Positions 47,119 to 64,000 of a stretch of 64,000 nucleotides of DNA are shown here, piece by piece. Under the pieces are notes generated by a model. The model was not told where the DNA came from. It was given only the letters and a program-made list of their open reading frames with translations, and did not search any database. Origin of the DNA: the human T2T-CHM13v2.0 reference genome, Homo sapiens. The stretch lies in assembly GCF_009914755.1 (NCBI RefSeq), contig NC_060948.1; one strand, given 5' to 3'. A program made the position numbers and the translations under genes. Each line of letters starts with the position of its first letter. Position 1 is the stretch's first letter.

Positions 47119-47772
47119 TTCTATAATGATTTCATTTAAGGTTACTATGACATAAAAAGTTTCGTAGCTTTTAATTAAGCACACATTTATAATAATAGTT
47201 GTTATTTTAGGTAATATCAGGGTGTTGTAAAAGAATTGCCCACTAACCTCATTTCCAGTTACCACTGACAGATGTGTAAAAACAAGTTGTCTCTCTCTCC
47301 TGATAGTGTCTGATAGTCTAACTTTCTAAATGTCTAACAACCCTGTCTTTGTCACCTTGATCCTTACACTATGATCTACTCCTTTTATCCCTCAAATTCA
47401 AAAGGTACTCTAATCCTGAAATATCAGGTCAATACCCACTCTCCTTAGAGAACATTCTCTGATTGCTTTTAAGATCTTTCAAGTGAAAAATTGCATATAT
47501 CTTATTTGAAGGTATTTAGAATCTAAAAAAAAAGATATAAATTTTGCCTCATTTTAGTACTTTTACGTGAAAAGTCTATGCTTGGGACTTCTATAATGAT
47601 TGGATTTTAGGTTAATATGACTTAAAAAGCATTCATATCTTTTAATTAAGCACACATTCATATTAATAGTTATTATTTTAGGTAATATCAGGGTGTTATA
47701 AAAATTGCCCAGTAGCCTCACTTCCAGTGATCACTGACAGATGTATGAAAACAAGTTGTCTCTCTCTCGATA
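47119..47772. repeat. Direct duplication of ~185 bp (47119-47305 and 47589-47772)
   Basis: Shared text 'ttctataatgatt...cttttaattaagcacacatt...ttattttaggtaatatcagggtgtt...cactgacagatgt...aaaacaagttgtctctctc'. Confidence 0.95.
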
Positions 47773-48494
47773 ATCTATTTTATAATTCAAGTGCTAAAGA
47801 GAATGCTGTGTATTGATTGATAAAATTTAATCGCAGTTATTTTATGAGTTGCTTATTGTTGGAGTTAAGAGGGAGTGAATAAGAACTGCAAATGAAAAAT
47901 GAATTTTATATTTGGGGAAAAGAGAAAATAGTCTCACAGTTATTACTTAATGTTTAATAATATACCAAAAATTGATTACATCAAAAGAGAAAGGAACCTA
48001 TGAGATATGTGACTCAGAATAATTCTTTATAGTCATATGAGAAATTAAGCCTATAAATTAATGTGAAAATATATTTGTTTATATATGTGAACACAAATTG
48101 GTGTCTTAGATCATTTTAATTCAAGCAAAACCATTTCTTTAAAAATAGAGATTCTAGCATCAGTTGAATCCAAAGAATCACATGCAAATTAGTTGCTAAA
48201 GGACTGTATTCCTAAATAAGATCTCTGTACCAACCTATTCCTTCACAATTTCTTTTTAGAGAAAACATAATTACATTGTTTTGCTAACATTTTTTGAGGA
48301 CTGCACCTAGTTCATCGATTGGCAAAATATTTTTCTTTTCTAAAGCTTTATATAACAATAAAACTACTTTAGCATTTATTTGGATATTAGGCTATAGGTG
48401 CTATAATACCAAAAAATAAAAATTCATACACACATACACACTAATGAACCCTTTTACTGAAACCAAAACATCTTTCTGAGAATAAATATAGTGT

Positions 48495-51400
48495 TGTTAA
48501 ATCAAGTTTAGCCTAAAGCTGCCTCCTTACATATTTTAAGTTTGTCCTAAAAGTTTCTCTGCACATTGTGAACTATAAAATTGGAAGTGTAAACACATCA
48601 TAGCCTACACTTGTGCCAGTCACCGAGTTTTGCCCAATCAAATGTAGCCAGCTGTTTGAATTGTGTTCAAATAAGGCAAATGCTGAGCTATAGCCAATCC
48701 AGCTCTTTCTGTACCTCATTTTCATTTTCTGTTCGTCACTTTTCTTTTTCTGTCCCATAAATCTTCCACCACGTGGCTGCAGTGGAGTCTCTGAGCATAC
48801 TCTGGCTTGGTAGGCCACCTGATTTGTGAATTGTTCATTGCTCAATGAAGTGGGATCCATAATAGAGTTTCTAACAACCCCCAGGAGTGCTGAGTGACCA
48901 AGCAAGCTACCTGCCAGACTCACTGTGTCCATTGCTCTCTCAGAGAAGCTGGGAATCGTGGTAAGATCTCTGCCGGATTCTGAGGCTCTACGGATTTGGG
49001 TTTTAAGCTCTCTGAGTTTCTTCAAGCAAATTTCTGACCCAAACTGGGTTTGGAAGTCACAATAGAAACTTGACTGGGCGCAGGATCAGATTGAATCTGG
49101 TAATTAACTGGCTTGGATCCAGTTAGAGGCCTCTTACATCTGACTGGGTCAAAGAAACCAGTAGTAAATGGCAATATTGCAGGGGGTGTTAAATTTGGCT
49201 TTGGAAAACTCACAGGAATTTTTGTTTTCTACCCCTTTATTTCATTCTTCTTGTGTACTTAGGCAAAAAATCACTGGCTAAGTTGAGAAGGGGAACATGA
49301 GAGCAAAGTCAATATTTGAAGTAAAAATGGGATCCTTAATTTCTGAAGAACTGAGTTCCTTCAGCTCACACATGCATAAGTATCAGGCCCAGGAAGCAGC
49401 AAAGTCTTATAGAAATGGCAAAATGTTACTAAAGATAACTTACAGTGGAAAACTCCAAAAAAAATGAAGCCTCCCAAATTAGTCTCATCTAGGGATGCCT
49501 AATGATACGCAGAAACTTCTAAAATTTTTTCAATATTTTTATTTAAAGCTTTTACAAAAGGCAAATAAAAAGCTTAAGCAATTAATTAATATAAAAAATT
49601 AAATCTGCTAATTTTTGGCTTAGTTACTATCCCGATCCAAAGGAAATCGACTTCAGTACCAATTAGTTGACTTTTGGTAAGTAGTGGGGTACGTTTGACC
49701 TGGGCAAAGAATGGAATTGAGTTTGAGGCCCAACTTAGGAAGTTTAGATTCCCTCCTAAGACATAGGGAGTTAGAGGCCCTCCCCTCATTAAAATCCCTC
49801 TTGGTTAAAAACGGATTTGGCACTATGTGATGTTAACTCCTATTCTCTTTGGATTAATCGGCCTTGCACTTTTTGCTGATGGCTATGGGTGACAGGATTA
49901 GGCATGTACAGGATCATAGGACATGGGGAACTTTTTTCTCCCCAAAGGGGGAAACTTGAGAGCTTATAGGATTGATGGAAAAGATCACTTCCAGCAAGTG
50001 ACAAGTAGCCACCTGAACTTTTGATTCAGTATCTCTGCAATGGATGGGTCTTTCTCTGGCCTCCCTGAGCTCTTTGCGTTCCCCACCCCACCACAGGCAA
50101 TGCTTTTCTTTATCTCTTTCTCTCCTTTTCCTTTTCTCTTTTTTCTGTTATTCAGGGTGACCATCTTGCCCAGAGACCACATGTTGCAACTCCTCATTGG
50201 AGGCAAAGATGACAGAGCCCAACCAGGGGAAAGATCAAGCCATCCCAGTTTGATATTGGGTGCTAAGCAGAGTAGCTAATGTGTATGCTTTGTCACAGAG
50301 AAGTATCTGTACAGCCTCTGTCACTTGTGACCTATAAAGAAATACGTCACATCATGTATTAGAGAGATTCGGTTGTAGGGGATTAACAAAGAGACTGCTT
50401 AGTTAAGTGAGCAAACTCTATCTAGCTCATTCTTTGATCTATTTAATTTTAGATGGTTTGGTTTATGGGGATCCTAAATAAGGAGCATACTCCAAACTCT
50501 TGGTATTATCCTCCTAATAGTCATAATAGTATTTCTGCTGGTGTGCTGTATTCTCCCAAAAGTTTTAAATGTTTCCATGTAGCAATCTCTAGAATGTCAA
50601 CTGGTCTCTCTTCAACTGCAATGACAAAAGCTGAAAAAAATGTGTGACCATGAGGGAGCCATAACCTATGAATGACACGCTGAGACCGGAAATGCAAAAT
50701 GATGGTATCTGAGAGTGATGCTAAGGCCCCACATTTTGGTCACACTCTTCCCTAAGTAAGAACCTGACCAAAGAGGGGAAATTTTTAAACAAAATTGTGG
50801 GAGGCCATTGTTTTGGACTGAGCTCATGTACTAGGCCCTGGACCAAATCAAAATGAAGTCACTCATGCTAAATGTGGCATAATCAAACTAAGATTTTAAG
50901 GAAACACAAAGATCCTAGAACAGACCCAGTTTTGGGTTTTTTTTTTTCTCCTGTAAACAGGACATTCACGCATAAGTAAGTACCATCTACTCTAACCCAT
51001 AAAACAAACAAACGAACAAACAAAAAACTGAAGGCCTTGTTCCCACCTTGCAAAACCCACTCTTCTACTGTTTTTCAGTAGGTTTCAAGACCAAATAACT
51101 ACGTTTACAATGGTGATAGTGACATCAATGAGCAAAGTTTCAATCAATCTCTCAAAATTGAGAAGATGACCAAAAGGAGGGAATTGTTAAATCAATTTTA
51201 GCCTAAAGCTGCCTCCTTCCATATTTTAAGTTCAGCCTAAAGTTTCCTCTGTAAGTTGTGAACTATAACCAGTGGAAGTATAAACAGACCATAGGTTACA
51301 CTTGTGCCAGTCGCTGAGTTTGGGCCAATCAAATATAGCTAACTGTTCGAACCGTGTTCAAATAAGGCAAACACCAAGCTGTAACCAATCCGGCTGTTTC

Positions 51401-51595
51401 TGTAACTCACTTCCATTTTCTGTACGTCACTTTCTCTTTTTTATTTTTTTTTTGTCAATAAGTCTTCTTCCACCACATGACTGTGCTGGAGTCTCTGAGC
51501 ATACTCTGGCTCAGAAGGCTGCCCAATTTGTGAATCATTCATTGCTCAATTAAACTCTTTTAAAATTTAATTTGGTGGAGGTTTTTATTTTATCA
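48495..51595 (+). mobile_element. MER57 (ERV1/MER4 group) non-autonomous provirus with two LTRs
   Basis: LTRs 48495-48846 and 51185-51595, both 'tgttaaatcaa.tttagcctaaagctgcctcctt'; purine tract before 51185; 4-bp TSD gtgt/atgt (3 of 4 match). Confidence 0.9.
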
Positions 51596-52559
51596 ATGTC
51601 TACAATGGGAAACTTTTCTCAGTAAAAATGGATGCAGTAATATGGGTGGTCTTTCTCTCACATTATGCCACCTTTATGGGGTGAGAAAATAAGAACTTTA
51701 TTCCCAGTAGGATACACAAAATGAGAGCAGTGAATCATAGCAGTGGTAGAGGCAATTTTTGTCAACAAAGAAAAAAGTTTTCAAGTGCAACATATTTAAG
51801 TGAGCATGCACAGGCGAGATAGGTGTAATATAGGTAAACATGATTTTCAGGGCTTGTACAATCAGATTAACAATCCTGCTAAAAATTTCCCAAGCATAAA
51901 TCCTAATATGTGGTGAACATAGAATCTGTGTTACAGAGGGGACACATGAATGTTGATGAACCTGTCTCATGGACAACACCAAAGTCAGTACTATGTTATC
52001 TTACTAGGAGAGTAGAAATTACTCCAGTCAGAAAAAAACCTCTTTCCACAAGAATTTATGAGATGAATAAGCAAACCTATTTCACATGTTAAGATACCAA
52101 ACTTTCTTCATTAAATTTTTATGAAATGCACACATTGCTGTCAATGGTAACAGCAAATTAATTCACCTCCAAAAGCAATATTCCCAATTTGGTGGATAGT
52201 CTCTATATGTTAGCAAATTACATTTGGGTGGTTGGATACATTTCAAGTGGATTCAATAATGAACTTGTATTAGTTGTGAATATGTCATTTCTTCTTAAAG
52301 TGCTACCTAAGATAATAATTCAAAAAGCAAGTGAGACAAAAATTGTAAACTGTTAAAATACAATTACTCAGCATCAAAATAATGAAACAATGTCTCTCAC
52401 TTCCTAATTTCAGTGAAAGTACATATTGTGGCTTACAATAACTACACATTTTGTCTGTGACATTTAAAAATATTTTTATTCTCATTTTGTGAAGTAGTTT
52501 TTATGTACAGTAAAAATTATTTTTTGGAAGTAAGAATTTATATATTGGGGCAGGGGAAA

Positions 52560-52710
52560 AAAGAAAATATAATACATGCATGCATAGATACAGATAAAGC
52601 AAATGTTGAAAGTTTTAATGATTGGCCAATTCAGGTGTAGGGTATGCAAGGGCTTCATTATCCTAATCTTTTTATGTATATAATTTTAAAGTTTCAAAAC
52701 AAAACATCGA
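52560..52710 (+). mobile_element. L1ME-like 3' end fragment
   Basis: 'gataaagcaaatgttgaaag...tcaggtgtagggtatgcaaggg...ttcattat'. Confidence 0.55.
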
Positions 52711-52739
52711 GAAAATACAAAAACAAAACACTATTAAAA

Positions 52740-55203
<2,464 letters not shown>

Positions 55204-56129
55204 TAATAAAACAAAATTTTTAAAATGTTCACATTTTGTTAAGTATAAGTGGATAATCATCATGATTCAATAATTTGAAAACCTTGATGCAGCAAATTAC
55301 TTTGTTCAGAAAACATATTTCTCAGAAAATGTTGTTCAGCCATATTTGTCCTTCTCTAACTCATATTTTTAAAATTAAATATTTCTTTCTTAACTGTTTC
55401 TTACCAATGAACTTTGTTTATAGATAATTTCTTTACTGAAAATAGAATGAAAGTACTTGCAATATATGATGAAATGCCCAGGGGAGCAAGACGACTGAAT
55501 AGAAGCTTCTACCAATTGTCCTCCCTGCAGGAACACCAAATTTCACATCTACACAAAAACGCACATTAATAAGAACCAAAAATCAGGTGAGTAACCACAG
55601 TACCTGGTTTTAACTTTATATCATTGAAGAAAGCACCGAAGAGGGCAGAAAATATAATCTTGAGTTGCTGATGCCACCCCTACCACATCAACCAGCAGCA
55701 GCCCTGTTGCCCAGAGAGACAATCTGTGCTCTAGGGAGAGGAAAAGAATTGTGATTGTGAGACTTTGCATTGGCACTCAGTGCTGTCCTATCACAGTGAA
55801 AGTAACATCACACAGAACTCAGCCAATGCCTGTGGAGGGAGCATTTAGACCATATCTAAGCAGAGGAGAATCATCCATCCCAGTGGCTCTAACTTGAGGT
55901 CTGGCAAGACTAGCCACTGTAAACTAAAGTCCTGTAGAGTACTTAATTAACTTGAAAGGCATTCTAGGCCACAAAGCCTGCAACTCCCAGGCAAGTCCTA
56001 GTGCTGTGCTGGGCTTGGAGCCACTGTACTTTGGGGGCACACAACCTAGTGAGACAATGGAATGGCCAAGGGAATGCTTCCGCCACCCCACTTCCAATAC
56101 CAGGCAACGCAGCTCAAAGCTCTTAAAGA

Positions 56130-57060
56130 GACTCCTTCCTCCCACTTGAGGAAAAGAGAGGGAAGAGTAAAAAGGACTTTGTCTTGCAACATGGAGACCA
56201 GCTCACCCACAGTAATAGGGCACCAGGCAGAGTCTTCAGGTCCCCATTACAGGCTCTAGGTCCTGGATGACATTTCTAGTCATACCCTGAGCCAGAAGGA
56301 AACTCGCTGCCTTGAAGAGAAGGACCCAGTCCTAATAGTATACATCATCTTCTGACTAAAGGGCTCTTGGGCCCTGAATAAACAATCGTGGTAGTCAAGT
56401 AGTACCTGGCATGGGCTTTGGGTGGGACTCTGAGACCTGCTAGCTTAAGGTGTGACCCAGAACATTTACAGATGTGGTGGCTATGAGGACAGACTCCTTC
56501 TGCTTTTGAGAAGCAGAAAGAAAAGGAGTCTTTCTCTTGAACCTCAGGTACCAGCTCAGCCACGGTGAGGTAGAGCACATAGTGGACTTTCTGGGACCCC
56601 AATTCCAGGCTTTGGCTCTTGGATGTTATTTGTGGACCTTTCTTGGGCCAGAATAGAGCCAATTTCCCTGAAGGGTGAATCCCGGGCCTGGCAGCATTCA
56701 CTACTAGCTGACTAAAGAGCCCTTGGACCTTGAGGGTATATTGCTGGTCACCTGGCAGTACTCCCTGTGGGCATGTGGGGATGGAGGGCATGGGGAGAGA
56801 ATCCCCGCTTCTGAAAAGAAGAGGAAAAAGTGAAAAAGACTTTGTCTTGTGGCTTGGATGCCAGCTCAGACACAGACGAATAGAGCAGCAGGTAGAATTC
56901 TAAGGCCTCTGACGCTAGACCCTAGATTCTGGGTAACATTCCTGAACTTGTCCTGGGCCACCATGAACGGAAAAAGCAAGCCTGGCTGATTTCACCACTT
57001 ACTAATCGTAGAACCCTAGGGACTTAAGTGAACAAAGGCAGCAACTAGATAGTGATTACA
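56130..57060 (+). repeat. Three degenerate ~310-360-bp units in the old L1 5' UTR
   Basis: Recurrent 'ctttg/ctcttg...ccagctca' at ~56177-56205, ~56530-56558 and ~56840-56868. Confidence 0.65.
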
Positions 57061-58108
57061 ATGGGCCTTGCACAAGACCCAGTGCTGTGTTGTCCCACAC
57101 AGCAGTCCCAGTGATGTTGACCACAGGGGTGGTTGTGTCACCCCTCCCCAAGCTCCAAGCAACTCAGCACAGAGAGAGAGACCCTGTTTGTTTTGGAGAA
57201 AGCACAAGAAGAGAACAAGAGTCTCTGCCTAGTAATTCAGATAATTCTCCTAGATTTTATCCAAGACCACCATGGCAGTACTTCTATAAGTATGAAAAAG
57301 CCACAGTCTTTTTGGGCTGGGGGTGCACTCTGATGCAGATACAGCTTAAGTGACCAAAAACTTAGATAAAAACACCAAAGTCCCTTTGAATACTTGGAAA
57401 GCCTTCCCAAGAAGGACAGGTATAAACTAGCTCAGACTGCAAAGACTACAATAAATACTTAATTCTTTAATGCTCAAAAACTGATGAACATTCACAACCA
57501 TCAAGACCATCCATGAAAACATGACCTCACCAAAATAACTATAGAAAGTCACCAGGGACAAATCCTGGTGAAACAGAGTTCTGTGACCTTTCAGAGAATT
57601 CAAAATGCCTTTATTGAGGAAACTCAATGAAATTCTACATAACACACAAAAGAAATTGAGACTTTTACCAGATAAGTTTAGTAGATATTCAAATAATTAA
57701 AGAGAATCAAGCAGAATTGCTGGAGTTGAAAAATACAACTGTCATCCTGAAGGATGCATCAGAGGCTCTTAATAGCAGAATTGATCAAGCAGAAGAAAGA
57801 AAGAATTCGTGAGCTTGGAGACAGGGTATTTGAAAATACATAGTCAAGAGAGACAAAAGAAAAAAGAAAAAGAAAAATACATACCTATGAGATCTAGAAA
57901 ATAGCCTGAAAACAGCAAATCTAAGACATATTGCCCTTAAAGAGGAGGTAGAGAGAGATAAGGATAGAAAGTTTATTCAAGCCGTTCATAACAGAGAACT
58001 TCTCAAACCTATTAAAAGATATCAATCTTCAAGTACAAGAAAGTTATAGAATGCCAAGCAGATTTAACCCAAAGAAGATTACCTCAAGGGATTTAATAAT
58101 CAAAGTCC

Positions 58109-58438
<330 letters not shown>

Positions 58439-59319
58439 CTAAAAGCAGCAAGAGAAAAGAAACAAATAACATACAATGCACTCCAATAGGCAGCAGACAT
58501 TCAGTGGAAACCTTACAGGCCAGGAGAGAGTGACATGACATATTGAAAGTGCTGAAGGAAAATAACTTCTACCTTAGACTAGTATATCCAGTGAAAATAT
58601 TCTTTAAGCATGAAGAAATAAGGACCTTCCCAGGAAAATAAAAGCTGAGGAATTTCATCAACATGACACCTGTCCTGCAAGAAATGCTAAAGGGAGTTCT
58701 TCAATCTGAAACAGAAGGATATTAATGAACAATAAAAAATTGTCTGAAGGTACAAAACTTACCAGTAATAATAGGAATACAGAAAAACACAGAATATTAT
58801 AACACTTTAATTGTGGTGTGTAAACTACTCATATCTTGGGTAGAAAGACTAAAGGAGGAAATGATAAAAATAATAACTATAAAACCATTCAATACATAGG
58901 GAGTAAAATAAGAATTAAATAGAAACAACAATAAGTTAAAAAGTGGAGGGATTAAGTTAAAATATAGAGTTTTTATAAATTTTCCTTTTGCTTTTTTATT
59001 TATGTAATCAATGTTAAATTTTCTTCAGTTTATAATAATGGGTTATAAGATAGTATTTGCAGGCCTCATGGTAACCTCACATGAAATACATACTACAGGT
59101 AAACAAAATTGAAAAACAATAAATTAAAACATACCACCAGAGACAATAATCTTCCCTGAAAGGAAGACAGGAAAGATGGAAGTAAAGAAGAGAAGACCAC
59201 AAAACAACTAGAAAACAAATAACAAAATAGCAAGAGTAATTCCTTCGTTATCAATAATAACATTAAAAATAAAAGAAACTCTCCAATCAAAATATATAGA
59301 ATGGATGAATGAATTTTTA

Positions 59320-59822
<503 letters not shown>

Positions 59823-60206
59823 TTAAAAGATCATTAGATGCTTCCATGAACAACTATATGGTAATAAACTGGAAAACCTAAAAAAAATGGGCAAATTTCT
59901 AGTCACTTAAAATCTACCAAGATTGAGCCATGAAAATTCCAAAATCTGAGTAGGGCCATAACAAGTACCAAGATTGAAGCCATAATAAAAAGTCTCCCAG
60001 CAAAGAAAAGTCCAGACCCCCATAGTTTCATTGTGGTATTTTATCAAACATTTTAAAAGAACTAGTACCAATCCTACTCAAACTATTTCAAAAAATAAAG
60101 GAAGAGAGGATACTTCCAAACTTATTCTACGAGGCCAGTATTACCGTATACCAAAACCAGACAAAGACACACACACAAAAATGCAGGCCAATACCCTTGA
60201 TGAACA

Positions 60207-60621
60207 TTTTTTTAAAACATTTATTTTAAGTTTAGGGGTAAAATTGCAGACTTATTATATAAGTAAACTTGTGTCATGGGAGTTTGTTGTACAGATTATT
60301 TTTTCACCCAGGTATTAAGCATAGTAACGATTAGTTATTTTTGCTGATCCTTTCCTTCCTTCCACCCTCCACCATCCAAAAGGCCCCAGTGTGTGTTGTT
60401 CCCTTTGATGCGTCCATGTGTTCTCATCATTTAGATTCCACTTATAAGTGAGAACATGCAATATTTGGTTTTCTGTTTCTGTGTTAGTTTGCTAAGGATA
60501 ATGGCCTCCAGCTCCATCCATGTTCCTGCAAAAGATATGAGCTAGCTCTTTTCTATGGCTGCATAGTACTCCATGGTGTATGTGTACCACATTTTCTTTA
60601 TCCATTCTATCATTGATGGGT
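60207..60621 (-). mobile_element. L1PA13-like 3' end nested in the L1MA
   Basis: TSD core CCTTGATGAA at 60195-60204 and 60622-60631; antisense L1PA 3' UTR. Confidence 0.88.
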
Positions 60622-60857
60622 CCTTGATGAAGACTGATGCAAAAATTCTGAACAACATACCAGCAAAACAAATTCAACAACATATTAAAAAGATAATGAC
60701 CAAGTGGGATTTATTCCAGGGATGCAGAAATGGTTTCAGATTGACAAAGCAATCAGTATGATACATTATATTAACAGAATGAAGGAAAGAAATTACATGG
60801 TCATTTCAATTGATACTGAGTAAACATTTGATAAAATTCAACATTCTTTCATTACTC

Positions 60858-61796
60858 AATCTATGCATTTGATGAAGGCCTAATATCCAGCATCTATAAA
60901 GTACTTAAACAAATTTACAAGAAAAAGAAAACACTAACAAAACCATTAAAATGTAGGCAAAGGACACGAGAAGACACTTTTCCAATGAAGACATACATGG
61001 GGCCAACAATCATATGAAAGAAAGCTCAACATCACTGATCATCAGAGAAGTGTATGTCAAAACCATAATGAGATACTATCTCATACCAGTCAGAATGGTT
61101 AATTATTAAACAGACAAAAAATAACAGATGATGGCGAGATTGTGGAGAAAAAGGAATGCTGATACACTCTTGGTAGGAGTGTAAATTAGTTCAGCCATTG
61201 TGGAAGACAGTGTGGTGATTCCTCAAAGACCTAAAAACAGAAATACTGTTTGACTCAGCAATCTCATTACTGGTTATATACCTAAAGGAATATAAATCAT
61301 TCTGTTATAAAGAAACATGGATGCGTATGTTCATTGCAGCACTATTCACAATAGCAAAGACATGGAATCAAACTAAATGCTCATCAATGATAGACCGAAT
61401 TTCAAAATGTCGTACATATACACCATGGAATACTATGCAGACATAAAAAAGAATGAGATCATAAAAAAGAATGAGTTATTTGAAGGAACATGGATGAAGC
61501 TGGAGACCACTACCCTTAGTAAACTAACGTAGGAACAGAAAACCAAATACTGCATGTTCTCAGTTATAAGTGGGAGCTAAATGATGAAAACACATGGACG
61601 CATAGATGAAAACAACACAAACTGGGGCCTATTGGAGGGTGGAGGGTGAAAGGAGGGAGAGGGTCAGGAAGAATAGCTAATGGGTACTAAGTTTAATACC
61701 TAGGTCATGAAATAATCTGTACAACAAACCCCGATGATACAAGTTTACCTATGTAACAAACCTGCACACATGCCCTTGAACTTAAAAGTTAAAAAA
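60858..61796 (+). mobile_element. L1PA12/13-like 3' portion nested in the L1MA
   Basis: ORF2 C-terminus and 3' UTR ending 'gaacttaaaagttaaaaaa'; host ORF2 resumes at about 61797. Confidence 0.85.
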
Positions 61797-64000
61797 GCAA
61801 CTCAGAAAAATCTGAGTATAGAAGGAACACATCTCAACACAATAAAAGCCATACATAACAGACTCACAGGTAGTATCTTTCTGAATGAAGAAAAGCTGAA
61901 AGTGTTTCCTTTAAGATCTGGAGCAAGACAGGGGTGCCCACTTTCACCACTGTTATTAACATAGTACTGGAAGTTCTAGCTAAAGCAATCAGACAAGAGA
62001 AATAAAGGGCATCCAATATGGAAAGGAAGAATTTACATTATCCTTTTTTTGCAGATGTTACAATCTTATATTTCGAAAAACCTAAACACCCCACTAAAAA
62101 TGATTAGAACTGATAAATGAATTCAGTGAAGTTGCAAGATACAAAATCAACATACAAAAATCAATAGCAAAAATCATTAACAATGAACAATCTGAAAAAG
62201 ATTAAAAAACATAATTTTATTTACAATAGCTACAAATAAAATCACATACCTAAGAATTAGTGTAACTAAAAAAGTTATAGATCTCTACAATGAAAACTAT
62301 GAAACATTGATGAGAGAAATTGAAGAGGACACCAAAAGATGAAAAGATATTTTATGTTCATGGTTTGGAAGAATCAATATTGTTAACATGTCCATACAAC
62401 CCAAAGCAATCTACAGATTTAATGCAATGCCTATCAAAATACCAATAATATTATTCATAGAAATTGAAAAAACAATCATGACATTCATACAAAATCATAA
62501 TAGACCCAGAATAGCCAAAGCTATCTTTTTCAAAAAGGACAAAATTGGAGGAATCACATTGTCTGACTTCAAATTATACTACAAACCTATAGTAATGACA
62601 ACAGTATGATGCTGAAATAAAAACAAATGCATAGATTAATGGAACAGAATGGAGAATGGAGAACACACCCATTCATCTACAGTGAATACATTTTTGACAA
62701 AAGTGCCAAGCACATACAATAGGGAAAGGACAGTCACTCTAATAAATCGTGCTGAAAAAAAATGGACATCCATATGCACAAGAATAATACTAGACCACTA
62801 TCTCTCACCATATGCAAAAATTAAATCAAAATGGATTAAGCACTTAAAGCTAAGACTTCTAACTATGAAGCTACAAAATGAAAACATAGGGAAAACTCTC
62901 CAGAACACTGGACTGGACAAAGATTTCTTAAGTAAATACCCCACAAGCGTGGGCAACCAAAGCCAAAATGGACAAATGGGATGAAATAATGTTAAAATGC
63001 TTCTGCACAGCAAAAGAAATAATCAACAAAGTGAGAAGATAACTCACAGAAAAGGAGAAAACACTTATAAACTATCCATCTGGCAAGAAATTCATAACCA
63101 GCATATATAATAAGCTCAAACAACTCTATAGGAAAAAATTTAATAATCAAATTTAAAAATGGGCAAAAGAATTGAATAGACATTTCTCAAAAGAAGACAA
63201 ATAAATGGCAAAGAATTGTATGAAAAGGTGCTCAACATCATTGGTAATCAGAAAAATGCAAATCAAAACTACAGTGAGATATAATCTTACTTCAGTTAAA
63301 ATAAATTTAATCCAAAAACAGACAATAACAAATGCTGGCGAGGATGTGGAGCAAAGGGATTCCACCTACACTGTTGGTGAGAATGTAAATTAGTACAACC
63401 ACTATGGAGAACAGTTTGGAGAGTCCTGAAAAAACTAAGACTAGAGCTATCATACCATCCAGCAATCCCACTTGTAGGCATATATCCAATATCAAAGAGA
63501 TATTTGCACACTCACATATACTGCAGGACTATTCACAATAGTCAAAATTTGGAAACAACCTGCGTTTTCATCAACACCTGACCGGATAATGAAAATATGG
63601 TACATATACACAATGAAGTACTATTGAGCCATAAAAAGTAATTAGGTCCTTCCATTTGCAACAAAATGAGTGGAACTGGAAGTCATTATGCTAAGTGAAA
63701 TAAGCTAGGCATAAAAAGATAAACTTCACATATTCTCACTCATTTGTGGGAGTTGAATATTAAAGTAGTTGAACCCTAGGAGACAGAGTGTTGAAGGATC
63801 ATTACCAGAGAATGCGGAGGAACTGGGGATGGTTAACAGGTTCAAAAAGTAGTTAGAAAGGATAAATAAGACCTAGTATTTGACAGCACAACTGGGTGAA
63901 TGTAGGTTATAATAATTTATTGTTAATTTTAACATAACTAAAAGAGTGTAACTGGATTGTTTGTAACAAAAAGGATAAATGATTGAGGTAATAAATAGTT

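Noticed and set aside
48573-49025. 150-aa minus-strand ORF
   Set aside because: Antisense across the MER57 LTR/internal junction, no recognisable domain; likely chance
50755-50790. Second PPT/LTR-start-like motif in the MER57 internal region
   Set aside because: No LTR follows; probably a consensus feature of MER4-group internals
56130-57060. Tandem units as a novel array
   Set aside because: They lie in the old L1 5' UTR, where internal repeats are a family trait
61442-61475. 18-bp tandem duplication cataaaaaagaatgag
   Set aside because: Ordinary slippage duplication in a dead L1

Overview
AT-rich, gene-free human genomic DNA made mostly of layered transposable-element relics. I see no host protein-coding exon, RNA gene, CRISPR array or prokaryotic system, and no clearly new biological system. 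The centrepiece is a full-length LINE-1 (20747-26797, +) with pre-Ta L1HS diagnostics (ACG at 26656-26658, G at 26741). Its ORF1 and ORF2 are broken but the antisense ORF0 is intact. Its target-site duplication (TSD) AAAATAATAAAGA recurs only after a second A-rich tail about 0.9 kb downstream, which indicates an 861-bp 3' transduction. The window also holds two ERVL/MLT2 proviral relics, a THE1 with perfect TSD, MST-type MaLRs, a MER57 provirus, a near full-length old L1MA with nested insertions, a twin-primed L1PA, Alus and Tigger/MER DNA transposons. Several junctions carry short inverted copies of nearby DNA or fold-back palindromes. Family and subfamily names come from recalled consensus sequences and need RepeatMasker/Dfam confirmation. 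Boundaries of old elements are approximate.
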